NCBI RefSeq assembly: GCF_009914755.1 | Contig: NC_060929.1 | From: the human T2T-CHM13v2.0 reference genome, Homo sapiens | Direction: 5' to 3' (one strand) | Length of the DNA: 64,000 nucleotides | Part shown: positions 35,751 to 56,470 of the stretch, one piece after another | Position numbering within the stretch: the first letter of the stretch is position 1 | Layout: each line of letters opens with the position of its first letter | The notes under the pieces: generated by a model | Databases searched by the model: none | Told to the model about the DNA's origin: nothing | Seen by the model: the letters and a program-made list of their open reading frames with translations, nothing else | Made by a program: the position numbers and the translations under genes

Positions 35751-36992
35751 GGAGAATATCGGTATATGAAGATTCTAAAAATATCTGTTGCATTACTTGG
35801 GGGGGAATCAAGAAGTGTGAAAAGCCTAAACATTCTCAGTAATATAAAGTGGTTGAAATAGAAAACGTTAAGCCATCTTATGAAGAAAAAATTATTCACT
35901 TTACCTTTGATGCCTGTCATATGTAGAAATAGATTAGAACAGAAATGCAGGAATTTCCATTTAGCAAATAATATTGTTTCATATTGCATGTTTCATGCCT
36001 TAAGGTGACTCCTAATTTATCACCGCAGTGAGGGAACCAACTGCCACTCAGGGAAAAAAACTCAAGAGCAAAGGAGTCAGCTCTGCCTTAGTGGAACAGA
36101 CCAGGTTAAGGTGTCAAGCAACTGTTTCTATGAGCGCAATTTCAGGAAATGTCTCAGCCCTGTCGTGGATGTCTCTAAGGGTTTGTTTAAAAATTCAAAT
36201 GCCATTGATTTATCTATTGTATGCTGAGAAATCCACTGTGCCTTCAGTCACAAATTCTAGATGATGCTTAGTTTAACTTGCTCCTGGAAGTGAGACAATT
36301 TATTCCTTGTATTTTACTTAAAGCCTAATGGTATGCCAGGCTGCTTTCCCCTTTATTGACACAAAAGATCTATTATAATATTTTATCTAAAAAGTATGCC
36401 CCGCTTTAAAAAGCTGTGGCTAACATTTTGGTGCACTGTATCCAGTAAAACTATCTGTCAAACAGTGTGTCCTCTTTCAAGCTAGTGGTGTTTTGTTTTT
36501 GTTTTTTAACCAGGAATCAATAGATGGGACACAGAGGCTGGGAAACTCCAAAAATTGATTGCAAAATGTTTGGCATGCATGCAGTTTTTCTGGGAAAAAA
36601 GCTATTGTTCCCATAAATACTCAAACACTATGCCTTCCTCTGCTTCTAAATCAATGAGCACTCCTCTATCAAGTTTTCCTCAGCCGATGACCTGTGTACC
36701 TTTTATTTCATTATTTTGGCTTATATACTTTTCATTCATTAGCTGTCATTACAGAGGAATCTCAAGAGAGAGGAAAGATACACAAATGTGATCAGCTCTT
36801 TTTAATGTTAAGAACCATGGCTGAATATAAATATATTGAAGGAAAACATGGGTGAAGGATGAGAAACTAGAAAAAGCTTTTTTTTTTTTCCGCAAAATGG
36901 GAATAAAATATGTAACAAAGATACCCTTCCTGACAGTCTTATTGGCTGGCCTTACAGTACTTTATGTAAGAGAGTTTGGAGTATAAGAAAAT

Positions 36993-37290
<298 letters not shown>

Positions 37291-37809
37291 TGAGACAACA
37301 TTTTTGCTGAAAATAATGATTTGTCCCTGAACAGGAGTAGTCTCATGATTCTGGATTATAACCCATTCTCCTTTTGAGACTTCCATCATATTTATTCAGG
37401 GGTTTTACATGATGGTTGGGTGATATTCCTCACCCTGACGAGATAACTCTAGGCAGTCCCATTGATGAAACAGTTCGTATACCTAGGAATAGTGCATTGA
37501 TATAAAGCAATTGCTTTCTGCTTTGGCAGGTATTATATAGACATGGAATAAGAAAGGGATCTCAAACTCAAATGCCTATTGGGAAGCGGGGCCCTTATGA
37601 GGTAGGCAAGTAGTATTGAATTAAAGAATTTATGCTGCATCTGAAGGGGGCAGCCTTTACTCAACACCATTTTTTTTTTGGGATAAAAAATTACAATGTG
37701 CAGAAGTTGGCATCTAATTCAAAACATTTTACAACACTGTGTGGGATGAACATATGTTTTGAGGGTGTGTTTGGCCCAAGGGCTGCTGGTTTGGGTCTCT
37801 GGTGTAAAG

Positions 37810-37945
37810 TAGTTGTTCCCAAGCCTGGCTGCAGATCAGAATCATCTGTGGAGCTTAAAAAACACAGATGCCCAGTCCCCTCCCCAGACTTGCTGAATAG
37901 AATCTCTGGGGGTGAGGCTGAGGCACAGCCAAGATTAAGACTCAC
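37810..37945. mobile_element. MER5A-like hAT MITE
   Basis: GTTCCCAAGCCTGGCTGCAGATCAGAATCATCTG...AGAATCTCTGGGGG. Confidence 0.65.
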
Positions 37946-38015
37946 AAAAGCAAAGAACCGGTGGATGAAACAGCATTTACCATCATTAAAACTATAAAAC
38001 TTAAAAATGATCTCA

Positions 38016-38321
<306 letters not shown>

Positions 38322-38449
38322 TCAGTAAGGGAAGTCGGAAGACAAGTGAACAAACTGTCCCATGGAAGAGAAAAAATGGTGAAGGACTATAGGAATGCCT
38401 TTAAACATTTTCCTGTTTCAAATTTTGTTTTTCTCATCCTATTTTTATA

Positions 38450-38600
38450 GAGCTATGCTTTCCAATATTGGAAGGCACTAGCCACATTTGGCTACTTAAA
38501 TTTAAATACAATTTAAAGTTCAGTCCTTAGTTGCACTAGCCACATTTCAAGTGCTAAGTAGCCACATGTGGCTCGTGGCTCCTGTACTGGACACAGGTAT
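38450..38600. mobile_element. MER3/MER33-like hAT MITE
   Basis: CACTAGCCACATTTCAAGTGCTAAGTAGCCACATGTGGCT. Confidence 0.7.
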
Positions 38601-38683
38601 AGAGATTATATATGAATATCAAGAGAACTTTATAGACCTTTTAAGCCATTCTTGTGGGACTCTGATATTTCAAGGTCTGCTAA

Positions 38684-39030
38684 TTTTTTTTTTGTTTTTT
38701 TGCTTTTGTTTTTTGTGGTTTTTTTTTTTTTTTGTCTGAGACAGGGTCTTGTTCTGTTGTCCAAGCCGCAGTGCAGTGGTGCCATCTCAGCTCACTACAA
38801 CCTCTGCCTTCTGGGTTCAAGCGATTATTGTGCCTCAGCCACTCTAGTGTCTGGTAGCTGGGATTACAGGTGTGCACCACTACACCTGGCTAATTTTTGT
38901 ATTTTTTTTCAGTAGAGATAGGGTTTCACTGTGTTGGCCAGGTTGGTCTCAAACTTCTGGCCTCAAGCAATCTACCTGTCTCAGCCTCCAAAAGTGCTGG
39001 GATTACAGGCGTGAACAACTGCACTTGGCC
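38684..39030 (-). mobile_element. Alu
   Basis: Antisense dimer. Confidence 0.9.
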
Positions 39031-39112
39031 AAGAACTGGTAATTATTAATACAGAATACAACATTTCTAAAGTTCACAAGGATTTTTCCCCTTAGAAGCA
39101 GTAATGCTGGCT

Positions 39113-39275
39113 GGGCAGGCACAGTGGCTCACATCTATAATCCCAGAACTTCCGGAGGCTGAGGCAGGAGGATTGCTTGGGCCCAGGAGTTCTGGGCTGC
39201 GGTGAGCTATGATTGCGCCACTGCACTCCAGCGTCAGCAACACAGGGAGACCCTGTGTTTAAAAAAAAAAAAAAA
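39113..39275 (+). mobile_element. FAM/FRAM-type Alu monomer
   Basis: Monomer retaining the 7SL-like GGAGTTCTGGGCTG; A-tail. Confidence 0.75.
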
Positions 39276-40122
39276 GAAGAAGAATGCCTCATTTAATGCA
39301 AATTAATTAGTAAACGTGGAGATATTTTTAAAGTAAAAAAAGGATTTGTGCAATCACTGGATAAATATTTACCCAGTGCTTTCTAAATGCCAATCACTCT
39401 GCTTTTTGTATTTTGATTCATGGAATCAAGGTTAAAAATTGGCTTGGGCAGCTTCCAAGGGATATTCCCAGGTATGCATATTACCCTAGTTTTTGGTCTA
39501 CATTTCCCCTTTAATCACATGGAATTTCCCTTAATACAATAGCTATAATTAGGTTAAAACATGTTGTTTGGTGTATGTAAAGTAACCTAATGGTTAAAAG
39601 GAAGGTGAGAAAAGCAGCAATGGCTAACAGCAAAGAAGTGTTCTCTTCGTCAAAAAGTGCACCTTTCCTAGTGATGAGTTTTGATCTGACCATGGCTAGA
39701 TGTAGATGTGACTCTCCTCTACCCAGCAGTGACCTTCTAACACCATCTAACTAGAGTAGCATTCCACACAGCCATTAGTCACAGCCAATGCATATATCTG
39801 ACTCCTATTCAAACTATATTCTGGAGGATAACAATCTATAAAGATAGACAAGACAGGTAGAGCCCTAAAGTTAAGGGCTTCAGGCCTTGGGGTTAAGTGT
39901 ACACTTTTAAATTTGTACAAAAATCTGGATTCTTGGGAAGCAGAGCATCTTAAATTTAAAAGAAGACTTTAAAGTACAAAAAGAAATCATAAAATGATAT
40001 AGGAGAAAACACCATTGGATAATAAGAACCGCTTAATATAATACATCTTTATGGAGATCCTGATTAAGGTAAGACCAAGATGAGTGAGAAATAGCTGCAG
40101 GGCACAGGATAGGAGTAAGGGT

Positions 40123-40469
<347 letters not shown>

Positions 40470-40770
40470 TTAATAAATTCCTCAGGGACATATGGACTAA
40501 ATTTTAAAATGGCCTAACAAGTTAATGTATTTTTTGTCGGTGGTATAAATTTCATTGAATATTTTATAGTCTCTATGTGGCTCTTAGGATCATGATAAAG
40601 GCTGAGGCTGCTTCTGGGATGCAGTTAATACTGGAGTCCTTATGTCTGACATGGTTATGTGTCTCTGATAGTGTCAAGGTGTCATTACTAAGGAACTTAA
40701 TTCTGGAGTTTTGCTGCTAGTCTCCTTTTATATTAGAAACTTTGGTTCTCTAATCTTATTTGAAGTATGA

Positions 40771-41214
<444 letters not shown>

Positions 41215-41999
41215 TAATTTATATGACACACCAGGTTCGGTGTTAGGTGATGGGGGAAAATATCCACAAAGTACAGACCCTCTCTTGAGGATTTCATATT
41301 CTTAAAGGGGAATCCTATGTGTGAACAGATAATTACAATATGAGGAGGTACAACATTGAGGGGATGACATAAATACACATAGGTGGAGATTGTGGAAAAT
41401 AAGTCCTCTTTGACTTGATGTTGAGTTTGCAACAGAGATAAAGAGCAACAAGAATAGGGGGTATTTTGGTGTATGTTCAGTCTAAGGCTGCACAATCCTG
41501 GTTTAAATCTTGGTCATCATCCTGGATTGAAATGGCCCTTAAACCTCCTGCACATAGACTGAAACCAGCTGAAGGAAGAACCTGAAATAAGGCCAGGAGA
41601 GAACTAAGTAGTGAATGGGAACTAAAGTCTTAAAACCCAGAAATGTCAGAGATATAAAACACCAAATAGGTGAGCCTATCATTTTGGCTAGACAAGAGAG
41701 GGTGATACTGGCAATGTGGAGTGGCACATGGCAAAGGAGGACTGTCAGGAGCAGTTCCGTGGACTTGTCTTTTGAAATAGCAAGTGGGGAGCTGACTGGT
41801 TTATTGTGAGGAGCAGTGACATGGAATGGCACAAAATGCAGCTAGATCCATTGAGCAAGTTTACACAAATATAATTCAAGAAACAGAAGCAAAACCCTGG
41901 GTTTTGGCTAAATTGCTAAGTGACATTATTCATGTTAGGTAAACTTGGCCATGGGTGAATAGTCATGTTTGTATCCATAGTATGAAAACCAGTGCTATT

Positions 42000-42310
42000 G
42001 GCCGGGCACGGTAGCTCACGCCTGTAATCCCAACACTTTGGGAGGCCAAGGTGGGTGGATCACAAGGTCAGGAGTTCATGACCAGGCTGGCCAAGATGGT
42101 GAAACCCCATCTCTACTAAAAATACAAAAAAATTAGCAGGGCGTGGTGGCCGGCGCCTGTAATCCCAGCTACTCGGGGGGCTGAGGCAGAGAATTGCTTG
42201 AACCCGGGAGGCGGAGGTTGCAGTGAGCTGAGATCACACCACTGCACTCCAGCCTGGGTGACAAGTCGAGACTCCCTCTCAGAAACAAACAAATAAACAA
42301 TAAGCAAAAC
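42000..42310 (+). mobile_element. AluS (Sg-like)
   Basis: TSD AAAACCAGTGCTAT. Confidence 0.93.
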
Positions 42311-42370
42311 ATAAAACCAGTGCTATCAGCTGTAATTATAAAATATGGGTGAGGTAAGAAGCTTAAATAA

Positions 42371-42671
42371 TTTTTTTTTTTTTTTTTTTGAGATGGAATC
42401 TTTCCCTTTCGCCCAGGCTGGAGTGAAGTAGTGCGACCTCGGCTCACTGTAACCTCTGCTTCCAGGGTTCAAGCAATTCTTCTGCCTCGGACTCCCGAGG
42501 AGCTGGGATTACAGGCACCCACCACCACCCCTGGCTAATTTTTTAATTTTTAATAGAGACAGGGTTTTGCCATGTTAGCAAGGCTGGTCTCCAATTCCTG
42601 ACCTCAGGTGATCCGCCTACCTCAGCCTCCCAAAGAGCTGGGATTACAGGTGTGAGCCACTGCACCCGGCC
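42371..42671 (-). mobile_element. AluS
   Basis: Antisense dimer. Confidence 0.93.
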
Positions 42672-43011
42672 TTAAACAAATCTTTACTAACTGAGAATAT
42701 CCTAAGTCCTTTACTTTTTCTCAGCTGGACAGCAAGAACTCTTGCTAGGAACTGTTTGTTCCCTGAGTGGTCTTGTCCCTGCCACAGTTCATCTAGTGTT
42801 ATCACGTTGTCTAGGATTGAGAGTTCTCAAAGGTAGAACTTGTCTTTCACATGTAGCACTAAGCTTTAAATATCCCCAGACAAGGCATGTGAATCCTGTT
42901 ATCTGTTTTTCTGCCCAGTATTCAACCAGCATGCCCTGGCACCACATTTAGGCTAGGTGTGTTTTGATGGCTGGGTGTACTCGCTGTACCAATTGTTGAA
43001 TATTTTGAATA

Positions 43012-43976
<965 letters not shown>

Positions 43977-44049
43977 TATTCACCTCACTGTATTAAGAAT
44001 AGGTAGGGATGTATATGATATGGAAGAATAAAATAAGGCAACTACTGTT

Positions 44050-44388
<339 letters not shown>

Positions 44389-44570
44389 TAAATTTGTACT
44401 TTCAACTTGACAAACTTTAAAATAATTTTCTTGGATGAGTCCTTTTCAGAATATTTTAAAAACAACTTTAAATTTTTTTCCTTCAGATATTTCTGGAAGG
44501 AAAAGATTCATTTGGATAAGTTGTGGCCTGATGGTTAAGAAGAAATGATTTATAGTATTTAAAGTTGTAA

Positions 44571-44868
44571 GGCCGGGCACTGTGGCTCATGCCTATAATC
44601 CCAGCACTTTGGGAGGCCGAGGCGGGTGGATCACCTGAGGTTGGGAGTTTGAGACCAGGCTGACCAACATGGAGAAACCCCGTCTCTACTAAAAAATACA
44701 AAATTAGCCGGGCATGGTGGTGCACACCTGTAATCCCAGCTACTCAGGAGGCTGAGACAGGAGAATCGCTTGAACCCAGCGGGTGGAAGTTGCGGTGAGC
44801 CGAGATTGCGCCATCGCACTCCAGTCTGGACGACAAGAGTGAAACTCTGTCTCAAAAAAAAAAAGAAA
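44571..44868 (+). mobile_element. AluSp-like
   Basis: TSD TAAAGTTGTA. Confidence 0.93.
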
Positions 44869-45262
44869 TAAAGTTGTACTTGTTTTAAATCTCATGTTGT
44901 TAGATCATGGTCGGATCATGTTGTTAGGAACTGCAAACACCTTTCTTTTGAGCTGCACCCTATGCCCCAGAGATGGAAAATAGATCACACATTGTGACAG
45001 TGTTAAGTCACCCCTAAATATAAGCACTAAAACAAAACAACACTGAAAGAGCTAAAAATGTGTAATTTTTCATCTTTGTGCTGGGGCAGACATATTTGTG
45101 GCTGAGAGAAAATGTAAGAAGATACCCTTATTCAGTCTGTAAGTTCAGCTCTCTGCTAACTCAGGTGAAAATCTACCATGAGGATCTGTACTCCTCATGC
45201 TTGCTATCTGAGGAAGTAAGCATGAATTCCCATTACGAGAGGGGCAAGAAGAGAGATAATTT

Positions 45263-45454
45263 GGCACGGGTGTGGTGGCTCCAAATTCCCAGCAATTTTT
45301 GAGGCTGAAGTGGGAGGAATACTTAAGCTTAGGCATTTGGGACCACCCTGGGCAATATAGTGAGACTTCATCTCTACAAGAAATTAAAAAATTAGCTGAG
45401 TGTGGTGGCCCCCCAAAGTGCTGGGATTACAGGTGTGAGCCACCGTGCCTGGCC
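45263..45454. mobile_element. Fused opposite-orientation Alu fragments
   Basis: Plus-strand left arm (45263-45408) joined directly to the 5' ~45 nt of a minus-strand Alu. Confidence 0.8.
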
Positions 45455-46629
45455 CTTTACCCTCTTTTTATAGATAAGGAACCTATGACTCATGGAGGCT
45501 GAGGGATTTTACTCATGGCCACACATTCAATGTGCAGCTGAGGACAGATCCAGGACCCCAGCTCTCCATAGTTCTACAATGTTCCATGGAAGTGAGCAAT
45601 AAGGAAGTCCAACCCCAAGGTCCATTAGGTAACATGGCTGGTTCTGTACTGGATCTGTGGCTACTGCCATGGCAGCCAACTGAGCTACCCTTTGGTATGG
45701 AAGAGTTTCATGCTTGCATCTCAGGCTATTCTCTGCCCTCTTGCAGAGTCAGGACTTACACTGTCTTAGTATATGCCCCCTAGTTTCTAGCACAGTGCCT
45801 GGCACATACAAGGCACCTGACAGGTGTTTGAGTAAAGACCTTGAAATGTTGCCAGGGCATAAAAGAGAGAGCTGGCCTTGCTACTGAGCTCACACAATCC
45901 AGGCCTCAGCTGTTGGCACTCTATGGGTTGACCCACATTTTGCCAGCTCAAGACGTCTCCTTCCTTGGACATTGGGGCAGGAGGCAGAGTTGCTTTCCTT
46001 TTTAACCAGAGGAGAGTAATTGTGACTGGTCTCATCACTGCCCAAGTACTGGCAGCCACGCAGGAAATGAAGGAAGTCCACTGAGTAAGTTTCCATTCAT
46101 TTGGAAATTTGGCTTTGTTTACTCAGTCCCAAGGGCCTTACTGTAAATGTAAGATGAGAGAGCAAGGTCTCCAGAAGTTCCTCCATTTACAGTGGGCTGC
46201 TTGTGTGTGCGTTTATGGATGGGCCTGGGAGTCAGACATCCCCCTCTGTCTTTTGGGAGAGCCCACCCTGGAGGCTGTGGGAGTGTCTGCAACACCAGCT
46301 CTGCCAAATGAATTCAGCGAGGGATACCGCATTTACGGAAAGAGCTCGCAGAAGCAGGGAGAATTCCCCATTCTATGTCACATCAAACTTCACTTTTTAA
46401 TTTGCTGCTCTACATTGCTACCTAGTCCTAGACCACTAACTGCCAAGCTGTCGCAATAAAATATGCCTGTACCATTAACCCAGTTTTGCCCTGTATAAGC
46501 CGGAAGTTACTCTGGGAGAAAAGTTGAAACATGGGCCAAATTCCAAGTTGCTAAGAGTGCTTAGGCAGTCTCTAGCTTCAAGATGGTATCTCTGACACAC
46601 ACACCTCTTACGTGACATCAATAATTCTT

Positions 46630-46910
46630 TTTAAAAACTGTTTTAAGTCTGCTGTGGTAGTGTGTGCCTGTAGGCAATCAAAGCTCACTGCACCCTCGAA
46701 CTTTTGGGCTCAAGCGCTCCTGCCTCAGCCTCCCAAGTAGCTGGGACTAGGTATGCACCACCACACCCAGCATTTTTTTTTTTTTTTTTTTTTTTTTGAG
46801 ACAGGGTCTCTCCATGTTGCTCAGGCTGGTCTCAAACTCCTGGCCTCAAGCAATCCTTTCCAAAGTGGTCTCCCAAAGTGCTGGGATTATAGGCGTGAGC
46901 CATTGCAACC
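46630..46910 (-). mobile_element. AluJ remnant
   Basis: Antisense Alu with expanded central T-tract. Confidence 0.8.
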
Positions 46911-46943
46911 ACACAGTTTTTTTTTTTAAGGGCTAAATGTTTA

Positions 46944-48933
<1,990 letters not shown>

Positions 48934-49195
48934 CTAATTTTTTAATAATAAAAAATTGTTTTTGTTGTTGCAGCATTACCATTTGTATCTTCAAACTACA
49001 ACAGTTCTTAGCAACTACTAGCAGCTCACAATGATTGGCTTGAGCATTCTAGCACGAGTCATTGTTTTTCCTCTTCTTTTCCTCTCAAATCCCCACTGGA
49101 ACTCTTCAGTGGATTCTATGGGCATGGAAAGCCTTTTGAAGGACTGCTAGAAAATAGATAAGTGGAAGGAGAAATTATGCTTAAAAAAAATCTCG

Positions 49196-49519
<324 letters not shown>

Positions 49520-50637
49520 TTAATTTCTGGGTCAGTAGATTTCCTTCAGGGAGCTTTGATTTTTAATTAATAGCAAAAGCATGAGCCTTGGTCAAGACCC
49601 CAGGTGCACATATAAACCACTGTGGGAAGATCCTGTGAAAATCACTGTCATTTGAACATTGTAAGGCACCTAGCCACAAAAACACAACAACAAACCCCAG
49701 TGCGTTGTGAAAGCCAGGAAGCCCTGCCTTGTGATGTGGGCAGAGTGAGATGTGGCGTTAGCGTGTGCCCCTGGGTCGCGCAGCCCCTACAACATTAGTG
49801 AAACTGGCTGGCTGTCTACATCTGTAATTGCACTAAAAGGCCATTAGCCTAGGCTGCTTCCAGTATTGCTCTCTCTAGGCAGCTATACCAGAGAGTAGGA
49901 GCAAGGAAAACTCAAGGTTATTTCTTGAAAACAAAACAAAACAATGAAAAACTGGGATTATTGTGACAGGCTGGGCTTTACCTATTGGTCTGGGTCGGTA
50001 GTTGTGGGGAAGATACTCATAGGATAACAAGCTGTTCCCAGGCATGGGGCTGGCAAAGGGGCTGGACTCATCTTTGAATATCTCACAGGGAAAATACACA
50101 GGGGTCCTCTCATCCCAGCAAGGAGTGTGAGATGCCCTCGTTTCCAGCCATGGGAAACCAGAGTGACAGGCAGGGCACCTTGTGTTGTCAACTCCTGATG
50201 CCTCCTCCAGTCGGGAGCCACAGGGAGCTGGCGCAGGGCTTAGGCTGTTCACAGCAGCACCTTGTTCTGAGTTCGGAAGAGCTGTGGAGCTCTTTGTTTT
50301 TTGGGTGCCTCTGAGGAGTTGCCCACACCTAGCAGAATTCCTCAGAGGCTCGGGAGAGAAAAAGGAACTCTGTTCTGTGCCCAGGGTCTGTGGCTTTGGT
50401 TTACTGAACCACCTGACCTAGCTCACACTTGATCTTCCTCCCAACTTCAATCCCCTGTTCCCCTGGGCGATCCAGCTACAGCATTTGCTTCCCCACCTCC
50501 TTGCTCAGAGGCTGCCCTCCCCTCCCTTCTCTGCTCATGGCAGCCTATCTCCTCCTGTTGTTTGACCTCAGCACCACCCCGCCCCCGCCCCGCTTTCATG
50601 CAGTCATTTCTTTTCTCAGAGTTTTCACACCCTGTGA

Positions 50638-50965
<328 letters not shown>

Positions 50966-51175
50966 AAAGTTGATTCTTACAAAGTCAGCACAGTTGTCAC
51001 TTGATTCTACTCGGATGCCTCTCTAGGTGCTAGAAACTGCTTTTTTCACATGTGGGCAAGTACAGAGGATTTGTGCCACTTGGCTTCCTGTGCCAACCTA
51101 ACATGGCTGCCCAGGTAGGTAGCAACAGGTCTTGGCCAAAGATATACAATGGAAGCTGCCTAAGGCTGTGCATAA

Positions 51176-51523
<348 letters not shown>

Positions 51524-51891
51524 TAAAGATGGGAAATCCCCTCCTAGTAAGCTGGGAGTTCTGGGATGGATTCAGCTACTAGAGAGATAGACGTTCACCT
51601 TGGCGTTATTCCTTCCCAGCCCACAGCCCAACTCTGCCAGGCCGCTGGGAAGCTTCAGGTGGAGGTGGGACATAGTGATGCCAGGCTGGATCTTTCTTCC
51701 TTTGGCAGAATGAAGTGGCTAATCACACACATAGAGGGAGGGGAACTTTTAATTGGGAACTGAAGATCAAAATGACCAAGGACCCAGTGTCAGTGAGGCC
51801 AGGAAGTCCATGTAGAGAGAAAACACCAAGAGCGGCTGGGAAAAAGTGGGCCTTCATGGCAGGTGGTAGAGATGGTAAATGGAGAAGGGAG

Positions 51892-52285
51892 TGTGTCCTG
51901 AGCTGAGCCCTCTAAGAAGTGGACTCTGAGATGGAGATTTGCATGTGGTAAGTTGATCAGGGAGTGCTGCTGGGATCAACATCCGTGGAAGGTGGGGAAG
52001 GAAGCAGAACTGGGCAGAGGGAGGAGTTGGTCTGTGATGCGGTCTCAGCAGAGGTCTCAGCTAACCTTCCGGGGAACTCAGAAGCTGGGATAACTCTGGG
52101 ACAACTCTTCCTGAGCTAGGGCAGGCAGGGGCCTGGATCTCTATTGTGCCTTAGGAAGCGGGATGTGTCCTTGGGCAAGGCAGCTCTTTTTAGCTAAGGT
52201 AATTCCCACAGAGGGCTGACACCTGAGCGTTATCCCTGAAAAGCGAGATCACAGAAAGCAGTGCATGGCAGTATTCACTGCACTG
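51892..52285 (-). mobile_element. ERVL LTR (LTR33-like)
   Basis: GACTCTGAGATGGAGATTTGCATG...GGGAGTGCT...GGGATCAAC motif. Confidence 0.6.
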
Positions 52286-52340
52286 TGGAACCTGAGGACT
52301 AGCGGCCAGGACACTCAGAAAAAGGAACTCTCTAGAAGCA

Positions 52341-52958
<618 letters not shown>

Positions 52959-53451
52959 AAGAGAGTTTAGAGAACCGTGGGGGCCAGAAAGGTCTTCCCC
53001 ACCCTGTCTCTCTGTGTCTTGTTTTCCTTGGTAATGGAAGCAATGGCAATATGGTTAGAAGGAGAGTGGCCTGCCAGGATTTTAGCTTGCCTGGGATCAA
53101 CAGACAGTTTTTGACTTCATAATACGCAGGGAGTCACTCCCTGCTGTCCAGGTTCCTGACATTGGGTTTTCTTGTATGACATCTTTGTATGACATCTCTC
53201 AAACTGTCAATACCACAGGTTACTAGAAGATTGCCAGTTTTCTATTGTTTAGAGGGCCATTTTGGGATAAAGATGAGTCTGAATGAATTCTTTTACCACC
53301 CAGCTTCCATGTGCCAGGATGTGCATGTGAAGAAAATGCCCTGTTTTATCTCTCTGTCTGTCTCCAAAGTAACCTCCCAACATCACCTGTGATCAGGATC
53401 AGGGCTGGACTGGTAACTTTTCATAGTGCACTTTAATAATTGATATCACAG

Positions 53452-53779
<328 letters not shown>

Positions 53780-54449
53780 TCACAAAGGGCATGTAACTTG
53801 TTTTGGGTGACTTAGAGGTAATGGAAACAAAGGGAAGTCCTTCTTTGGGACAGAAATAGTGCAGTGGTTAAGAGCATGGACTTGAGGGTCTGGTTTCTGA
53901 GGCTGGAATAGAGCAATTAAAGTCAAGCCATTTAAGATGGATTAAAATTTCAAGTGAGGCTTTTTTCTTTTAATGAAAAATGAAGCTATAAATTATAAAA
54001 ATAACATTTCATCTCATCCAGTAGAACACAGATTATAATTGCAACTATGTGCTCATTCTTAGAATGAATAAAAATAAATCTCATGTGGATTTTTTGGCAT
54101 AATTTTTAAACTAAAATTATACGATAGCATGATACAACAGCCTTCACTTTGTCTATGATTTTCTAGCAGAAAGTTCTTGGCAAACATTAGAGAGCATCAT
54201 TCATTTTTCCAAGGATCTCTCATAATTTTTCGACATTTAAATCATTGTTTTTTTGGAAACCCACAGCCTGTTACCATCCTTGTTGATTTCTCTTCTCTAA
54301 AAGTGAACTGTTTTACCTAGTTTGTTAATGGTTTTTTTCATGCATTTCTAGCAATACTTCAATGCTTTTATCAACTTCCTAGACTTCCACATCTTTGGAA
54401 GTAATTGCAAAGATACTTTGTAATCAATTTGCATTTTATTTGCATTGCA

Positions 54450-55515
54450 TTGTTTTTCTACTTTTTATTTTGAAGTAGTTTTAGACTTACAGAAACCCGC
54501 AAAAACAGTACAGTTCCTGTATACTCTTTTCCCAGATGCCCTAAATGGTAACAATTTTCATAACCAGAGAACAATGATCAAGCCCAGGACATTAACACTG
54601 GCACATAATTTTTTTTTTTTTTTTGAAACAGAGTCTCACTCCATTGCCCAGGCTGAAGTGCAGTGGCACAATCTCGGCTCACCACCTCCCAGGCGCAAAC
54701 AATCCCCCCATGCCAGCCGCATGTTACCATGCCTGGCTAATTTTTTGTAGAGATGAATTCTCACTATATTGCACAGGCTGGTCTCGAACTCCTGGACTCA
54801 AGCAATCCTCCCACCTTAGCCTCCCAACCTGCTAGGATGTAAGCATGAGCCATTGCGCCTGGCCACTGGTACATAATTTTTATCTGAACTACAGGCCTTA
54901 TTTGAATCACATCCATTGTGACACTAACATGCTTTTTCTGTTTCAAGATCCAATCCAGGATCCCACATTGTGTTGAGTTTTGTCTCCTTGTCTCTCTCAA
55001 TCTGTGACAGCTCCCCAGGCCTTCCTTATCCTTCCTGACTTTGGCATTTTGGAAGACTACGGGCCAGTTGTTTTGTACACTGTCTCTCCATGTGGGTATT
55101 TCTGAAATGTTCCCATGACTAGACTGAGGTGACAGATTTTTTGTAAGACCACAGAAGTGATGTGTCCTTCTCTGTGCATCCTGTCTGGAGGCACGTGGTG
55201 TTGCTATGTTTTACCATTGATGAGGTTAACTGTCTGCTGGGTTTCTCCACTGTAAAGTTACTGTTTTTCTCTTTGTAATTAATGAATATCTTGAGAAAGA
55301 TACTTTGAGAGTATAAAGTAGGTACGTATCCTATTTTTCCTTAAATTTTCATTCTCTAATTAATAAATGTAAAGGTAATGAGGGAAATAGAACATGCCAG
55401 ACACCACAGTAATAATTGTTGCTTGTAATGCATGGGTGGACCTTGGATGCAACAGTTATTACCATGGTGTTTGACAAATGGTGGTTTTCTATCCATTTCC
55501 CTCATTCCTTCTACA
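54450..55515 (-). mobile_element. L1MC/L1ME 3' end with an Alu (-) at 54608-54864
   Basis: TTTTATTTTGAAGTAGTTTTAGACTTACAGAA; CAAGATCCAATCCAGGATCCCACATTG; Alu TSD ACATAATTTTT. Confidence 0.75.
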
Positions 55516-55517
55516 TT

Positions 55518-55836
<319 letters not shown>

Positions 55837-55869
55837 TTCTACATTATGTTCATTGAAATTTGGATTTTG

Positions 55870-56290
55870 AAGACTTAGTACAAAAAATGAATGTAAAATA
55901 GCTTATTAATAATTTTATATTGATTGCATATTTAAATGCCAGTTTTTAAGGTGTATTTGGTTAAGCAAAATATATTACTAAAATTAATGATCATGCCACT
56001 GCACTCCAGCCTGGGCAATGGAGCCAGACCCTGTCTCTAAAAAAATTAAATTAGGTTTCCTTGTTTCTTTTTACTGTTTATAATGTGGCTACTAGAAAAC
56101 TCAGAATTACATCTGTAGCCCAAATTTGTGGCTCGCATTATATTTCTATAGGACAGCACTGTTCTAAGGACTTGGATAGTGAACTCTTGTGCCTATTTCA
56201 TAGGACTATTGTGAGAATTAAATGTGAATTTTATATAAAGTATTTGGCATAGTGCCTAGAACATAATAAATGCTCAATAAAAATTAGCAA
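55870..56290. mobile_element. MER33-like MITE (with an Alu 3' fragment at 55989-56045), then a MIR 3' end (~56200-56290)
   Basis: AATGTGGCTACTAGAAAA...GTGGCTCGCATTATATTTCTATAGGACAGCACTG; TGGCATAGTGCCTAGAACATAATAAATGCTCAATAAA. Confidence 0.7.
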
Positions 56291-56470
56291 TTAGTACTAA
56301 GATATGAAAGGACAGCCACTCTTAAGGACTCTTGACTGTTCTCTGGGGAACCAAAGTGTTTTCATTAAGAATATCAGATGATCAGGACTACCCTAAGAGG
56401 AGGATTGCTGAAGACACTGAGCTCCTCCTCAGACCTGGAGGCCTTGTGTTGTAGTTGAAAGCCAGTGAGT

